This document shows, in pieces, positions 22,181 through 35,727 of a stretch of 64,000 nucleotides of DNA. The DNA is from Podarcis gaigeae. Its lineage: Eukaryota. Every line of letters begins with the position of its first letter. The first letter of the stretch is position 1. The notes under the pieces are model-generated. The model was not told the DNA's origin and did no database searches. It saw only the letters and a list, made by a program, of their open reading frames with translations. The stretch is taken from assembly GCA_964106915.2 (NCBI GenBank), contig OZ066918.1; one strand, written 5' to 3'. The position numbers were made by a program, and so were the translations under genes.

Positions 22181-23647
22181 TTCATCTGCGCCATATATTT
22201 AAAGCACATGGCTTTCCCCCAAAGAATCATGGGAGCCATCATTTACCCCTCACAGGGCTAAAATTCCCAGCACCCTTAAAGTTCCTTTAAATGTGCTTTA
22301 AATTTATAGTGTAGATGTGACCTTTGGTTATACAGAAGGTTTTCTTCCTCCTGTAACACACCAGAATGAATGCATCTTGGGACAGAACAGTCCTAAAAAA
22401 CCTGCCCACTACCAAACCAAATGCAACCCAGCAGCCATGTTCCAGAGGTGCAGGGACTGGTGTAGTGCATGATGGCATGCACAAAACATCTCAGTGTCAT
22501 GTCAGGACCTCAGGGGAGCCAGGAATGTGGCTCCAATGGCCCGAAGCTCCTCCTGCTGCTGTTGCTGCTGCCGTTACCTGCCAGGGGCTGCTTCCTCCCT
22601 CCTTCCCCTCCATGGCAGCAGGAGGAGTTGGCTATTGAAGCTGCTCCATGCTCGGCCCTGATTTTTTGGAACATTGGGGGGGCAAAAGGGATGGGCCCCC
22701 AGGAGTTGGCGCCCCTGCCAGGTACAATGGCCTACCAAGGCTTTGATAAACCTCCTGGTTTTACTGCAAAAACGAGGGTTGTCTAGCAAGCACCTGTCAG
22801 GCAGGAATGTCCAACAGCTCTCTGTGTGTGCGCCCCAAATAACAAGATAAATTGGGGTGGTGTGCAGCAGATTTCCATGTCCCTAAGTTTAATCACACCA
22901 TGTCGAGGCAGATCAGGGAGTCCCCAACCTTCTGAGTAGCTCCATTGCTGGTTCCCCCTCCCGCCCCAAAAATACACTACCTTCCCCTGTCTTTTTCCGT
23001 TTTGAGTGGGGAAACACCCAAATCTTGGAGGAGAGGGAAGGGGTGGAAAGTGGGTAGAGACTTTTTTCATTCTGATGGGCAGGTCTAGATTTTAATCACA
23101 GTGAATTATTTCACCAGGGCACTCAGTGATGTGGGAGGAAGATGTTGAAGCAAATAAAGTGTTATTTTCAAATGGGTTGTCATTGGCCTTTGATTTTTGG
23201 CTGTGAGAGCAGAGCTTAAGGGGTGGCGTTAGACTTCTTTCCCAATCATTCTTTTCCCTAACATTTTTTTAAAAAATCAGCAATCTTTTTCTTCTAGTTA
23301 GAACTTTATACAGTAGCCTCACCATCTAAATCAGCCAACTCACCTCTGGCTGCCTAAATTCAGCTAAGATGGCCAAGGATCAGGTCATGACCTCACATCT
23401 CTTAAAAGCTCTATTCACGTCATTTGGCTGCATACAAAAATAATTAACCTTATCTGTCTAGTTTCTCCTTTCTCCCTTTTTTCTACTTGCCAAGGAACCT
23501 GTGTGTTTCACCTAAGGATGGGGGCAGACTTGAGTAACAGCAGTTCTTTTGTATTTTCCGTGTTTCACCTTCCCAACCAGTCTTGGTGCAATCGGATACC
23601 TCATTTGCATGTCTGCTGCCTCCTCCATCTTAAGACTCTTCCATTTA

Positions 23648-23686
<39 letters not shown>
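23648..23686. repeat. (AAT)n microsatellite
   Basis: Read directly from the sequence. Confidence 0.95.
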
Positions 23687-24154
23687 CCAGCCTTAGGAAG
23701 AGTTCTGTAGAACTTAGGAAGCTTACACACAACTTTGTGAAATCTGGGTTGGGCTAATAGAGGTATTGTCTAAAATAGATTTTGATATTTTTCTTATGGG
23801 ACAAACAACACAGCTATCATCTGCAGAGTGTTTTTGCCAACCTGTCACACAAGACTACCAAACAGTTCTCTGTAACTCCCTATAGCCTTGATGTATCAGG
23901 GCCTCATTACACAGAACAATTCCCAATAGACCAATCTGAGCAGCTGCAAAAAAATTTAAGACTTCTTTCCTGCCATCCGCTGCTCTTTAGATCCTCGTCT
24001 ATCCTGGCTTATTAGAGCTAGATGGAATGGGTTGGCTGATTGCTGGTAAAAAACAAGAAAACGTGGCATCATAGGGTGCTACCCTTTGCCTTTAAAGAGG
24101 CAGTTGTGTATCCACTTCTTTAGAAGCCTACTCTAAACCCAATGGTGCATAATA

Positions 24155-24510
24155 GGTGAAAGGTAAAGGACCCCTGGACAGATAAATCCAGTCAAAGGCA
24201 ACTATGGGGTTGCGGCGCTCATCTCGCTTTCTGGCTGAGGGAGCTGGCGTTTGTCCACAGACAGTTTTCCTGGTCATGTGGCCAGCATGACTAAACTGCT
24301 TCTGGCACAACGGAACACCGTGACGGAAACCAAAGCGGATGGAAACACCGTTTACCTTCCTGCCTCAGCAGTACCTATTTATCTACTTGCACTGGCGTGC
24401 TTTTGAACTGCTAGGTTAGCAGGATCTGGGACAGGCAACGGGAGCTCACCCCGTTGCGGTGATTTGAACCACCGCCCTTCCGATCAGCAAGCCCAAGAGG
24501 CTCAGTGGTG
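24155..24510 (-). mobile_element. Sauria SINE, near full length, different subfamily
   Basis: AAAGGTAAAGG tail, GGTCATGTGGCCAGCATGACT and GTACCTATTTATCTACTTGC core blocks are shared with 50327-50678. It carries extra internal segments. Confidence 0.9.
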
Positions 24511-24649
24511 CATAATAACTATAAACCAATTGCCAACTGCCAACACTCCTTTCTTGACAAAGCTGGTGGAGAGAGGATGGTTGTGGAGCAACCATAGGTA
24601 TTCCTGGATGAGACTGTTTAATTGGATCCACTACAATCTGGGTTTATAG

Positions 24650-25690
24650 CTGGTTTTGGAACTGAATCCACCTTGCTCGCCCTGTGAGTTGATCTTTATT
24701 GTGAGAGAGATGACCTAGTTACTTATCCTTGATCTCTCAGCAACTTTCAATACCATTGATCCCATGATAGGCATCCTCCTAGGTCAACTCTGTGGGACGG
24801 GTGTCAGAAGCACTGTCTTATGGTCATTCCATTCATATCTTCAGGCCGTGCGCAGAGTGTATCACTGGAGAGTACTCATTGCAAGTTTTAGATCAAGGTT
24901 TCATCAGCATACTGATGATGCACATCTCTACTAACATATGAACCAGAAGAGTTTGTGAAAGCTCTGGATCAGTGGCTGAATGCAGTGGTGGATGGGGACT
25001 CAGCTACATTAGTAAAAAAGCAATGATTCAACTGCACTATAAACATGCAACACCAGATGGTGCCAGAGAGCAGGAAATTTTTAAACACAGTTTTTCATAG
25101 GGATTTTCTTCCTTTTGTTATAACAATATAATTTCTGACTTATTTATAGTGGGTTTTTCCCTGTGTGTAGACCACCCTGTGTTTGAATCCTGGGAAGATA
25201 GAGGCTCTATGGGTGGGTAGTTCTCATGTCCGAGATATATGCAGGTTACTTGTTCAGCATGGGGTCGCACTCCCTCTGAAGGAGCAAGTGTGTCGCTATA
25301 GACCCAAGTGTACTCTGTTACTGGAGTACCTTTTACCAGTTCTGTCTGGCTCACCAGCTATGGCTGTTCCTGGAGCTATTGACAGCATGACCACTGCAGT
25401 CAATTAACTGGTAACTCTGAGACTAAATTACTGCAATGCTCTCTCTGTGGGGCTGCAGTTTAGGTCCAGGGTATATTAGTAACTGCCTGAACACTTGTAT
25501 CCCAGCTGGATTACTGAGATCTGTGGGTGTGTAGCTGGTTATCCCCTGAGTTGATGAAGCTCATCTGGTAATAAGAAACAGAACATTTAGTTTTATTGGC
25601 CCAGTCCTATGGAATGCTCTGCCAACAGAGATTCAGCAGGCACTTTCTGCTTTAAGCTTTAAAACTTTTCTATACTGCCAAGTGTATACA
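24650..25690 (+). mobile_element. Decayed L2 LINE reverse-transcriptase fragment with a small internal insertion
   Basis: Remnants of LDLSAAFDTIDH (CTTGATCTCTCAGCAACTTTCAATACCATTGAT), YADD-like ACTGATGATG, LNPGK.EAL and RLNYCNALSVGL. Confidence 0.7.
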
Positions 25691-27049
25691 GGCAGTGACC
25701 AGTTTGGGCATATCCAATTGACATGCAATCACTGATGCACGGGTCCTTTTGGACCCGGAAGAGGGCGGAATGGGGACAGGGCATAATGGAGCAGGGGCCG
25801 CTTATGCATGCTCTGCCGATCTGCGCAGGGGCTTGGGAACAGAACCCTCATGCAAAATGGTCACCGCCTGTACTGGCAATTAAGAAAATATCCTGGTATA
25901 ATAGTTGATCTCTAATTTCAAATTTTATATTGTTTTTTACTGCATGGTTTTATGTATTATTGCTGTGAACCACTGTAATTTCCTTATGACTAGCCATATC
26001 AAAATATTTTAAATAATTCAAAACAGTGCCATTGAGCAAGTCCTAAAATGGATTCTGAACTGTAGTTGATGAAATGCATCTCATATGGTTCACCATTGTT
26101 TTAACTGTTGTCCTTTCCACACCATCGGATTCCCAATAAACTCAAAAGCTAATTATTTACTAGAGATAAATCATTATTGAGCAACAATTTCTTCTTCTTC
26201 ATGTTCTCTTCTGTGCATTTTAGCTAAAATAATTTTAGCTATAATCTTTGCAGGTGAAGGAGGAATCTGTCAGGGATTGTTTTAGTTTTGCTTTGCTTAT
26301 GGTGCTCTGTGAAGAGCTAGGCATGCTCTCGATGCTATATAAGGGAACAGGAATACTGCAGACGTTTGGACTGAGAGCCTTGCCCAAGGCCACTGTTGGG
26401 TGAGTTTGCATCAGAGATGCAAGTAGCCTTCTAAAAGTACGTAGGTACCTGGAAGCTCACACTGTCCCACAAGGTGGAGTTCTAGTTCTTCCACGATGAC
26501 CCTATCTCCACAGACTTCAATTTCACATTTCCCTTAAACAAAGGAACAGTCGCTCTCCCTTCAAATAGCAAGGACACCGAGCCAGAAAAAGAAGGTCAAA
26601 GGCTTTGGAAGCAGTATTTGTTGAAATCATTTCAGGGAACAGGATGAGATTCTCTCTCAAAGATAGATACCAAAATGACCAAAGTTCACAAAGCCTCAGT
26701 GAATTCTGCCCTTTAGTTGATTGCTAAAAACAGTCCTATGAAGGGAGGTGTTGCTAGAATGCGAACAGCAGCACCGTCCCAATTATATGCCTGGCATGCG
26801 AGGGAAGGAACGAACACCTCAAGGTAGTGGCTCAGAATAGGAACACCATCATGCTTCGACAACTAATGTCAAATCCGTTGCCATGCTGGAAACAATTCAT
26901 AATGAAACAGGATAGGGAGTTGTCGTACCTCTGCTCACGTTAGTCATCGCTCTCCTGGATGTTTTACAGCTGAATTATAAGACATAGTACTAGTATGAAT
27001 AGATTATTAGCAGAAATGGTGTGGCAAGGTAAGAGAGATTATTATTGTT

Positions 27050-27470
27050 GTTATTATTATTGATAATAATAATTTAATCTTTATACCTGCAGGTCTCAGG
27101 GCGGTTACAACACAAAATCACAATATAAAAACACAAAAGACATAATAAAAACAAAAACAACCCAATAACACCTCCCCAACCCACATTTTTAAAGGGCATT
27201 GGATGTCAATTCACCAAAGGCCTGGTTAAAGAGGAACGTTTTTGCCTGGCGCCTAAAGGTGTATAATGAAGGCACCAGGCGAACTTCGCTGGGGAGAGCA
27301 TTCCACAGACGGGGAGCCACTGCAGAGAAGGCCCGTTCTCATGATGCCACCCTCTGGACCTCTCGTAGAGAAGGCACACAAAGAAGGGCCTCAGAAGATG
27401 AACTCAGGGTCTAGGTAGGTTCATATGAACAGAGGCGGTCCTTGAGGTGTTGCAGTCCTGAGCCGTTGAT
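27050..27470 (-). mobile_element. L2 LINE 3' end
   Basis: GGGAGAGCATTCCACAGACGGGGAGCCACTGCAGAGAAGGCCC plus an AT-rich tail. Same family as 56155-56384. Confidence 0.75.
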
Positions 27471-30197
27471 AACTTCATTACAAAGTTTGGTGGAGATAAA
27501 GTGCAGGATTTGGTTTCGGGAGCAAAATTTAGCTTCCTAACAATTTCAGCTTTCGCTTTCTTTTTTTTGAAAGCTCACAGAGACCAAAGGCCACCTTAGG
27601 CCAGCTGATTCTGGATGTCATGCAAAGGCAAAAACTTGTTAAGACACCGAGTTCATTATTGTTGTATTTTTACTGCTGGGGAGGGAGAGAGGCACTTGTG
27701 AGGTGTTCTACCTCAGGTGTCACAATAGCTTTACCAGCCTGGGATACTTAACTCTGTGTGTCTCTGTGGTGCGTGTCATTTGCTGTTCCACACCAGGCAG
27801 CAAAATGTCCCCAGCTGGTCCTGCTCTTCCAGTTGTAGGACTTCCAGAAACCAGAAGTGTTTCTGATTGAGATTCACAGTGACAGAGCGTCAAGTGCCCT
27901 ACTTAGCTCTTTGTTCTGCAGCAAGAATGGTGTGGCAGGGAGCAAATGCCACAGCCACCCCTCACATCACTTTCTGTAGCTGCTAACAGCTTTGGGCTTG
28001 ATACGCCTTGACTGGCTGCCTTATGAAAAGCCAGCTACAGGTTACGAAGACCACACATCCCAGGTTTCCTAGCAGGAGAGGAACTATCTCTTTCATCATG
28101 GCAACGCCTCCTGTCACCTTGCTTTCCCTCTTGGTCAGTGTTAACTTTGGCTCTGCTGCCCACGCAACAGGGGGCACTGTTGTCCCAGCAGATGTCATCG
28201 TGCATCACATGTCCTGTGAGGGTGTCCCATCATCAGCCTGGATCACGGTGCCGCCATTAAACAACACACAGTCTCCATTTTAAGGTGTGTCCCCTACTGC
28301 CAGCGCTGCTGGCTATTAGGTTTTCGTTTTCAAGCGTGTGACGGGTTTCAGGGTTTGGTAGGCAATCTTTAAAATGTCACTATAATTTGAAGAGAGCACA
28401 TCTGGGAAAGCACCTCTGAAACAACACCTCATATGTGTATTAAATGCACAGCTTCCCAGAGAAACTTGCTGAATGTAGATACCTTCTTGACCAACTCATT
28501 CCTCCATCAGCAGCCGCTACACCATATCGCGAGCCTCCCATACCCAATCCCCTTCAGAGGCAGAATGTTTTTATAAAGAGGTGCACAGGACTGCAGAGGG
28601 AAGGAGGAGATGGAAAATCTCCATCCCACAAAGGTAAGCTTTATTCTATTCATGGAAGGAAAGTTAGGATCCAAAGCATTACCTTTAAAACAAACAAACC
28701 ATCACTGTACAGCTCCTAAGTTCATACAGCCCTCATCCACAGAAGCTACACCCTGACCTGCTCAAAATTTAATGCTCATTGGTAAACTCTGTACTTTTTT
28801 CTAGAAAAAAAAGGTGCCAGAACTCACCATGACCTCCCTTGTTCTCTTTTAATGGCAATGGCACCTACCTGAGAGGTGCCAGAACTGAGTTCTGGTGCAT
28901 TCTGGCTGCATAAACTATGTTAGAAGTCGACCGATTTCATTACTTTTCTTCCTAATATTAGGTGCTTCATTTTGAAAGATATGTCAGATTTATGGGAACA
29001 TAAGAGAAATGGAAAGTTTTACACACTGTCTGGTTACACAGATTTCTCTTTTCTTATGCATAGATATGTTTTTAAATGGAAACAAGAATTCTGTTTCGGG
29101 AGGTTTATTGCTTAGCTTCCTTCTGAAGCCATGATCTTTTAGAGGGGCAATAACACTAGATCTGCCACAGATACTCCAGGTCACAAATATAAGCTATTTA
29201 CTTCAAATGCAAAATAGTCAAAAGGACCAGATGCAGTTAGGAGAACAAGGATACCCTAATCCTTTAATGCTGTTTGACAGATACAAATAGGACATCACTA
29301 TTGAGCTTTGTCATAAGATCAAAAGCTTTTGCCAGGTGTTTTAAAAAAGCAAGGCCTTTTCAGCCAAGAACCCATCCATAAAAATTTCAATGCAGCTTGA
29401 CAATGGCGACGGCTTTGGGTCCTTAAATAATACTGACATTGTCCCATTAGATCACTGCCTGGCAGGAAGTCATAGCAGTGCGTCACTTTACACTGGATTT
29501 CAAATGGGAGCTAGCAGTGATACAAAAAATGATTCGGAGTCCAATCCCGCGGTTGTTAGAAGAAGGGGAACTGCAAGATGATGAAACTGAAATGATGAAA
29601 TTTCCTTTGACCCGAGTGAAAGGTGGACGGGCATCGAGCTAAACAACTTGTACCAGCAGCTTCTGATCTCCTCTTGCTCTTTGGCAGCACGTAGACATGT
29701 TAGCACTTACAATGATACAAAGAGGAAGAAATGCAATCGCCCAGTCCAGGCATATAGCCAGTTTAGAGTGTGTGAACAGAGGGAGGGAGGAAAGGAAGGA
29801 AGGTACATTGGGGCGGCAGCATTAGTAAAGGCAAAATGAGGGAAAGCAAAATAGAAGGAGTCAAAGAAGCTTCATTTAAATTTCCCAAGTACCTTTTAAC
29901 GTTTTAGAAAGTGAACCTGGAACCCTAAGAGCTAAGTGCCCAGTCATCTCAACACTTTTGGCCAAAGCACCGGAGAGTCACAGGTTATTTCTTCCCGGCA
30001 GACCCGGCTACTGTGCAATTAAGGGTGAAACGAGGCAAGGAGAGATGACCTCTGCTCCCCATTAGATGCCCTAGATGCTTCAGGCCTGACTACACTGCAG
30101 GGGCAATAAACGTGTCACCTGCAGGGTCACGTAAGGTTCTTTAAAAAATAGTAAAGGAGAGTGGGCGGGGGTCAACTTTGAATGCTGGGAGGCGAAT

Positions 30198-30378
30198 GGT
30201 AATAGCTCAGAGGGAGAGCATCGGCTTTGCAAGCAATCCCTGGCTTCCCCAAGTAGGACTGGTGAGAGGGGGGCAGGAGTCCCCTGCCCCAAAACCCTGG
30301 AGGCTGCTTCTGGTCATCATTGACAATCCTGAGCTGGATGGCGCAATGGTCCGACTCAGTATAAGGCAGATTCTATGA
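30198..30378 (+). mobile_element. Squam3-like tRNA SINE, decayed
   Basis: ATAGCTCAG head and GAGCTGGATGG...CCGACTCAGTATAAGGCAG 3' block. Confidence 0.7.
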
Positions 30379-30492
30379 ATTAGGGATTACAGCATGTAGG
30401 GAGGTGAGATGTAACCCTTGCCCCCCCCAACCTTCAATCATGATCAGAACTTCTCCCCCCCCCCGATACCCTCCTATTGGAGCAGAAAAGCC

Positions 30493-30691
30493 CAGAGCTG
30501 GGTGATGTAGTAATATATTGCCCAAAGTCCACATTTAAACCCCTCAAATCATGATGGGTGTCTGTGTGCCATGCAAAAAATCACAATGTGGGAAAAGCCG
30601 TGAAGCCAACCAACGCCTCTCCACAGTTCAATCCTTATTTCAGACATTGTGATATATCACAATGTTGAAAACTAGGTATCGCCCAGCCCTA
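30493..30691. mobile_element. hAT MITE, same family as 352-731
   Basis: Shared body and right end GTTGAAAA...GCCCAGCCCTA. TSD not retained. Confidence 0.75.
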
Positions 30692-31202
30692 CTATTTGCC
30701 TCTACGTACATAGTTCTTAAGAGAAAGAGACATACATGTTACAAAATTAAAACTGGTTCCTGTGCTGCAGGCTGGAGTTAGAGGCAGGTCCTGGGTGCAA
30801 AAAGATTGAAGATGTGTAGTCTAAGGGATGTGGCTGAAGAGCTGCCACCCACGAAGAACAGCCCAAGTTAGACCAACACGCTGCTCTTTACAAAAAGAGC
30901 AGAAATGCAAGTATCCCTGATGGAGATAAAGTTCAGGATTTTTGCTTTAAAAAGTCAAACACAATTATGTTCCCACGAGCCCTCAGGTCACTTATTTTTA
31001 GTAGTTCAACAATGGAGTGAAGCTATTTATTAGATTTTGTTTCAATGATGTTTTTTCCTTGAGCTGGTTTTTATGGATATTTATTTGGATTTTTAAATTT
31101 TTATTATAAGCAGCTGGAGGCTAAGTGCAGATGGGCATGTGGAGGTGGGGGAAAGGCCATCCTATGGGAGATGAACCACCAGACCCAAAGCCCTGCCAGA
31201 CT

Positions 31203-31345
31203 CATAGACTTTAAGAGTTGGAAGGCACCTCAGGGGTCATCTAGTCCAACCTTCTGCAATGCAGGTATCGTTTGCCCAACATGGGGCTCAAACCCACAAC
31301 CCTGAGTTTAAGAGTTTCATGCTTTTCCAGCTGAGCTATCTCAGC
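31203..31345 (-). mobile_element. tRNA-Lys-headed SINE with CR1-derived tail
   Basis: Reverse complement of the 61431-61572 family. Confidence 0.82.
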
Positions 31346-31782
31346 AGCCATTTTCCTCCCACTGAGAGGAAAAACAGTACCGGTAAATTGGTCCCAAGGT
31401 TCATGTCCATTTCTTCCCATTGCCATGGAAATAGGAGGGTTTTGGGTCCACCGCCAACATGAACCCAGAATACCGGCTTTTTACCTCCTCCACCAGATCA
31501 CCAACAGCAGAGGAGCAACAACAATGGACCTGACCACAGAGACAAGCACGAGGTGTCCGAAAGGGAACTTCCCACTATCAATGGAGACAGAGCTTTGCAA
31601 CAAAATTCCTCTGGCCCCTGGGACATCTTCCCAGAGACCATAGAATTGAAGCCTACAATTTTATAACTCGGGTGTGGGGAACATCTGGACCTCTAGTTGT
31701 TGCTGAACTGCAACTCATCAAGCATGGGCAACGGCCTGAAATGATGGGAGCTGTAGTTCAACTTCCGGATGGCCAAGGTTGC

Positions 31783-31933
31783 NNNNNNNNNNNNNNNNNN
31801 NNNNNNNNNNNNNNNNNNNNNNNNNNNNNNNNNNNNNNNNNNNNNNNNNNNNNNNNNNNNNNNNNNNNNNNNNNNNNNNNNNNNNNNNNNNNNNNNNNNN
31901 NNNNNNNNNNNNNNNNNNNNNNNNNNNNNNNNN
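31783..31933. other. Assembly gap (151 N)
   Basis: Run of N. Confidence 1.
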
Positions 31934-32423
31934 TCAAAGAATCCTGGTTCTAGTTTGGCAAGGCTGCTGGGAATTTTGTTAGAGATCATCCCCAGAGACT
32001 ACAGTTCCTAGGGTTCTCTGCGGCTACAGAGGAACTTCCAAGCCAGTTTAGGCCTGTAATATAGGCGCCCTTGATGGACAGTCCCCCCACCAACACAACC
32101 CCCCCCACACTTTTGCCTGTTGGATTTTGGATTTCAGAGCAAAGCTGACCATTTGAAAGCAAAACGTTTTCCTCGGAATAAAATCCAACAGCAGCTGTTT
32201 AAGAGGTCAGCAGTTTTAGGCTGCTAAATTGAGACTTGTTAGCGCCACAAAAAACTGGAAAGCATTTCTGCACGGTGCCAGCATGTAACTCAGCTACTAA
32301 AGAGGCAAGGTTGGGTTGGGCTGGTCTCTCCAATGTGCCGTAAGAGAAGCTTTTTTTGTTTTGTTACTAAGCCTGAGCAAAATAGTGTGAGATTGACTTA
32401 TTCATTGCTTGTACTGTATAGTT

Positions 32424-32746
32424 CAGGGGTCAGCAAACTTTTTCAGCAGGGGGCTGGTCCACTGTCCCTCAGACTTTGTGGGGGGCTGGACTATATTTTT
32501 TTTGGGGGAAATGAACGAATTCCTATGCCCCAGAAATAATCCAGAGATGCATTTTAAATAAAAGCACACATTCTACTCATGTAAAAACAACCAGGCAGGC
32601 CCCACAAATAACCCAGATATGCATTTTAAATAAAAGGGTACATTCTACTCATGTAAAAACATGCTGATTCCCGGACCATCCGCGGGCGAGATTTAGAAGG
32701 TGATTGGGCCGAATCTGGCCCCTGAGCCTTAGTTTGCCTACCCATG
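32424..32746. mobile_element. hAT MITE, same family in inverted orientation
   Basis: Reverse complement of 39781-40099. TSD not recognisable. Confidence 0.83.
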
Positions 32747-33029
32747 GATTGCTAGAGGTTCCATGCACCTGGGCTATTTATCTTTCAGGGTCATATGATG
32801 CCATCAACCACGTGCTGATGACTACATTTCCTCTGCGGGTGGGGGCAGAGGGGTTTAAGTGGGTGGGTCCAAAGGCCAACCCTTTTCTCTCTTGCCTTAG
32901 CCTTCCCCAACCAGCTGGCTGCTGGGGGAAGGGACCTACTGCTCTTGCCAGAGACCTGGCCTAAGGACTTGCAGAGGGCTTCTGAAATTATGCCAAGGAC
33001 CAAATGTGGATTTAGGATTGCAGGTGGCC

Positions 33030-33610
33030 CACGCCAGGGACAACAGGGAGAGATTGTCTCAGGATCCGGAGTGCATTGTTATCAATATGCTGATGACCTG
33101 CAGCTCCTTTACCTTTAATACAAAGGAAGCTGTTGGCTTAATCACCACCACCACCACAATTTTATTATTTATGTGCAATTAGTTACATGGACTGGGTAAG
33201 GGCTAATAAACTGAGACTTAACCAAAACAAGACAGCGGTGCTTTAGCTCAGGAAAGTGATGGACTCTAGAACAGGGGTCCAACCAGTTCTTGATGGGGTG
33301 GTAGTCCCCCTGACGAATCAGGTCCACAGGTTGTTGGTACAGTGGTACCTCGGGTTAAGTACTTAATTCGTTCCAGAGGTCCGTTCTTAACCTGAAACTG
33401 TACTTAACCTGAAGCACCACTTTAGCTAATGGGGCCTCCCGCTGCCGCCACAGCACGATTTCTGCTCTCATCCTGAAGCAAAGTTCTTAACCTGAAGCAC
33501 TATTTCTGGGTTAGTGGTGTCTGTAACCTGAAGCATATGTAACCTAAAGCGTATGTAACCTGAGGTACCACTGTATTCCTGGATTCAGCCTCGCCCCTAG
33601 GTGCCCATGT
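33030..33610 (+). mobile_element. Decayed L2 RT fragment interrupted by a Tc1/mariner MITE
   Basis: CAATATGCTGATGAC (QYADD) and RANKLRLN..KT remnants. The L2 sequence resumes after the MITE at 33576. Confidence 0.7.
33340..33573. mobile_element. Tc1/mariner MITE (CAGTGGTACCTC family)
   Basis: Matching TIRs and TA TSD. Confidence 0.9.
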
Positions 33611-33625
33611 GCCAATGGTCAAGAG

Positions 33626-33753
33626 CAGGCTTCCTCAACCTCGGCCCTCCAGATGTTTTCAGACTACAGTTCCCATCATCCCTAACCACCAGTCCTGCTA
33701 GCTAGGGAGCTGTAGGCCAAAAACATCTGGAGGGCTGAGGTTGAGGAAGCCTG
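33626..33753. mobile_element. Palindromic hAT-Charlie MITE (URR1-like)
   Basis: 34-bp arms match 33/34. Perfect 8-bp TSD GTCAAGAG. Confidence 0.88.
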
Positions 33754-35285
33754 GTCAAGAGTGTCTCAGCCCAGCTTTGACCATGCAGGCTGTTACTGCT
33801 GAGGTCAGATCTGGTAATGGAAACGGACATGTCCAATTGCAGCTGGACTTGGTCACTGCACTTGCCCATAGGATCAGATTACATCTGACCTACAACAGCT
33901 GCATGGTTTGCCATTTGTTTCCAGGCAAAATTTGGAGTGGTGTTTCTTTACCTGTAAATCCCTAAAGGACTTAGATCCAAGATTCCAGGGGGACCTCTTC
34001 CTCCCATACTCATTATGATGTAGCAGGGAGGACCTTTTCAGACAAGAGTCTGATGTTGTTTTTCTTGTCAATTTCCTTCTTATTGCTGTTATATATTTAA
34101 TTTGTGGCTCTTAAATTACGGTTCTAATTGCTATAATCTGCCTCGTGTAACAAAAGTGTATTAGAAAAGGTGGCTATAACTTTTAATGTAAGTAAATAAA
34201 ATAGAATGGTACATTCAAATATCCAGAAAAGAGATGTAACAAAGTGTGAAATGTTTAGTATTTATTCTCCTTTTGTGTGAAACTTCATGCAAACTTTTTT
34301 GTTTTAAAATGAATATCTTATTACAGCAAGAAGACATTATTCTGAGAATCAAGAATTGTCAGCTAGAGGTGAACTTTAAAGTTTAGAAGTAAATCTGTGG
34401 AACTACTGTCAATATCCTACTTCTTGGTTTGAGTATCAGTTCTGCTGAGATGTCTATTAAGCGTATTGTTTGAAATTTGAAATCTGAATTGTGACATGGT
34501 GGGGGAGGGGCAAACAAATCATCTTGCAGAACTGCAAAGAAACCAGTGCTGCACAACTAATTGTTTAAAAGTGTTTTTAAAATGGCAATTCTGTGCACAC
34601 TTACTTGGGAGTAAGCCTCACTGGCAGGCTGGATTTCTGAGTAAATATATGCAGGTTGTCTGTGTGTCACTTAATTGTCCAGTCACAAAGGCCATGCTGA
34701 GTCATCAGTAGTTTCAGAGTGCTTTTCTACAGAATATTGTAATCCTTATTTTAATCTGAACTGAACAAGGGCTTTCCACTTAAAAAATCAAGGAAAGGAA
34801 ACTACAGTACATACATTAGTGGTTTGACAAGCCGCAAGAGACTGGCCTGAGCCTTTTGGCACCCATGTCTCTTAAGCAGCAGCTTATGTGAGGGGTAAAG
34901 GAGACGGGAGGTGGGGGAAAGTATGATAAATATATAATGTGGCTTTGGATATGGGAGCCATGCGGTGGAAGAAGCCGGTGGACTCTGGGCTGTATTAGCA
35001 GCTCTGACTGGGTGGCGGGTGGGTCACCCTTGTGGTTTGCAAACCAGAAAGGTGGGGTAGCAGAGGAGGAAGAATAATAAAGAAAAGGCTGATCCGGTGT
35101 GATTAGTGAGCAAACGGCCTGCAGCAAATCCCATCTGGCACATCCGTTTGATTAATAGCCCAACAGGCGCAAGCAAGAAACGCAGACAACAGGACAGCAG
35201 CCTCAGTAAAGAAAACGAGCGTGGAGTGGGGAGTGGGGGGTGGGAAGAAATGAGGGGCAACTCTCAGAGAGGAGAGGAGCAATCC

Positions 35286-35392
35286 TAGAATTGTAGAGTC
35301 GGAAGGGATCCCCGGGGTCATCTAGTCCAACCCCCGGCAAGGTTGGAATCTTTTTGCCCAGCGTGGGGCTCGAACCCACGACCCTGAGTTTA
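35286..35392 (-). mobile_element. tRNA-Lys-headed SINE, 5'-truncated
   Basis: B box GGTTCGAGCCCC on the minus strand plus the CR1-type tail. Confidence 0.78.
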
Positions 35393-35469
35393 ACATGCAG
35401 TCAAGTTGCAAGGTAGACAGAAGAAGGTTAGTGCAGCTAGACAGGTGACAAGGAAGGAGCTGGAGACCA

Positions 35470-35625
35470 GCCGGTCGCCTCTACCTGGGAGCAGCTCTGC
35501 AGATCCGCGCGGGGCTTCGCGTGGTGCCTCCTCCGGATTCCTCCAGCTGCACATTTATTAGTTGATCTCTGCCATCCCCGGTGACGCTGCCCACTCCAGA
35601 GCGGCGGCGGGAGGAGGTGGATTTC
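35470..35625 (-). promoter_or_regulatory. Small CpG-rich patch, candidate distal LDB3 promoter and non-coding first exon
   Basis: About 13 CpGs in about 150 bp against a CpG-poor background. On the minus strand: TAATAAA (35560-35554), E-box CAGCTG, then a donor-like CAG/GTAGAG at 35485/35484. Confidence 0.4.
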
Positions 35626-35669
35626 CTTAAGGTGGATCCCTTAAAGCTACAGCTGGCCACTGATTTGCA

Positions 35670-35673
35670 TTTT

Positions 35674-35725
<52 letters not shown>

Positions 35726-35727
35726 TC
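35670..35727. repeat. (TTTC)n microsatellite next to the CpG patch
   Basis: Read directly from the sequence. Confidence 0.95.

Noticed and set aside
31672-32011. ORFs containing X runs
   Set aside because: Artefacts of the N gap.
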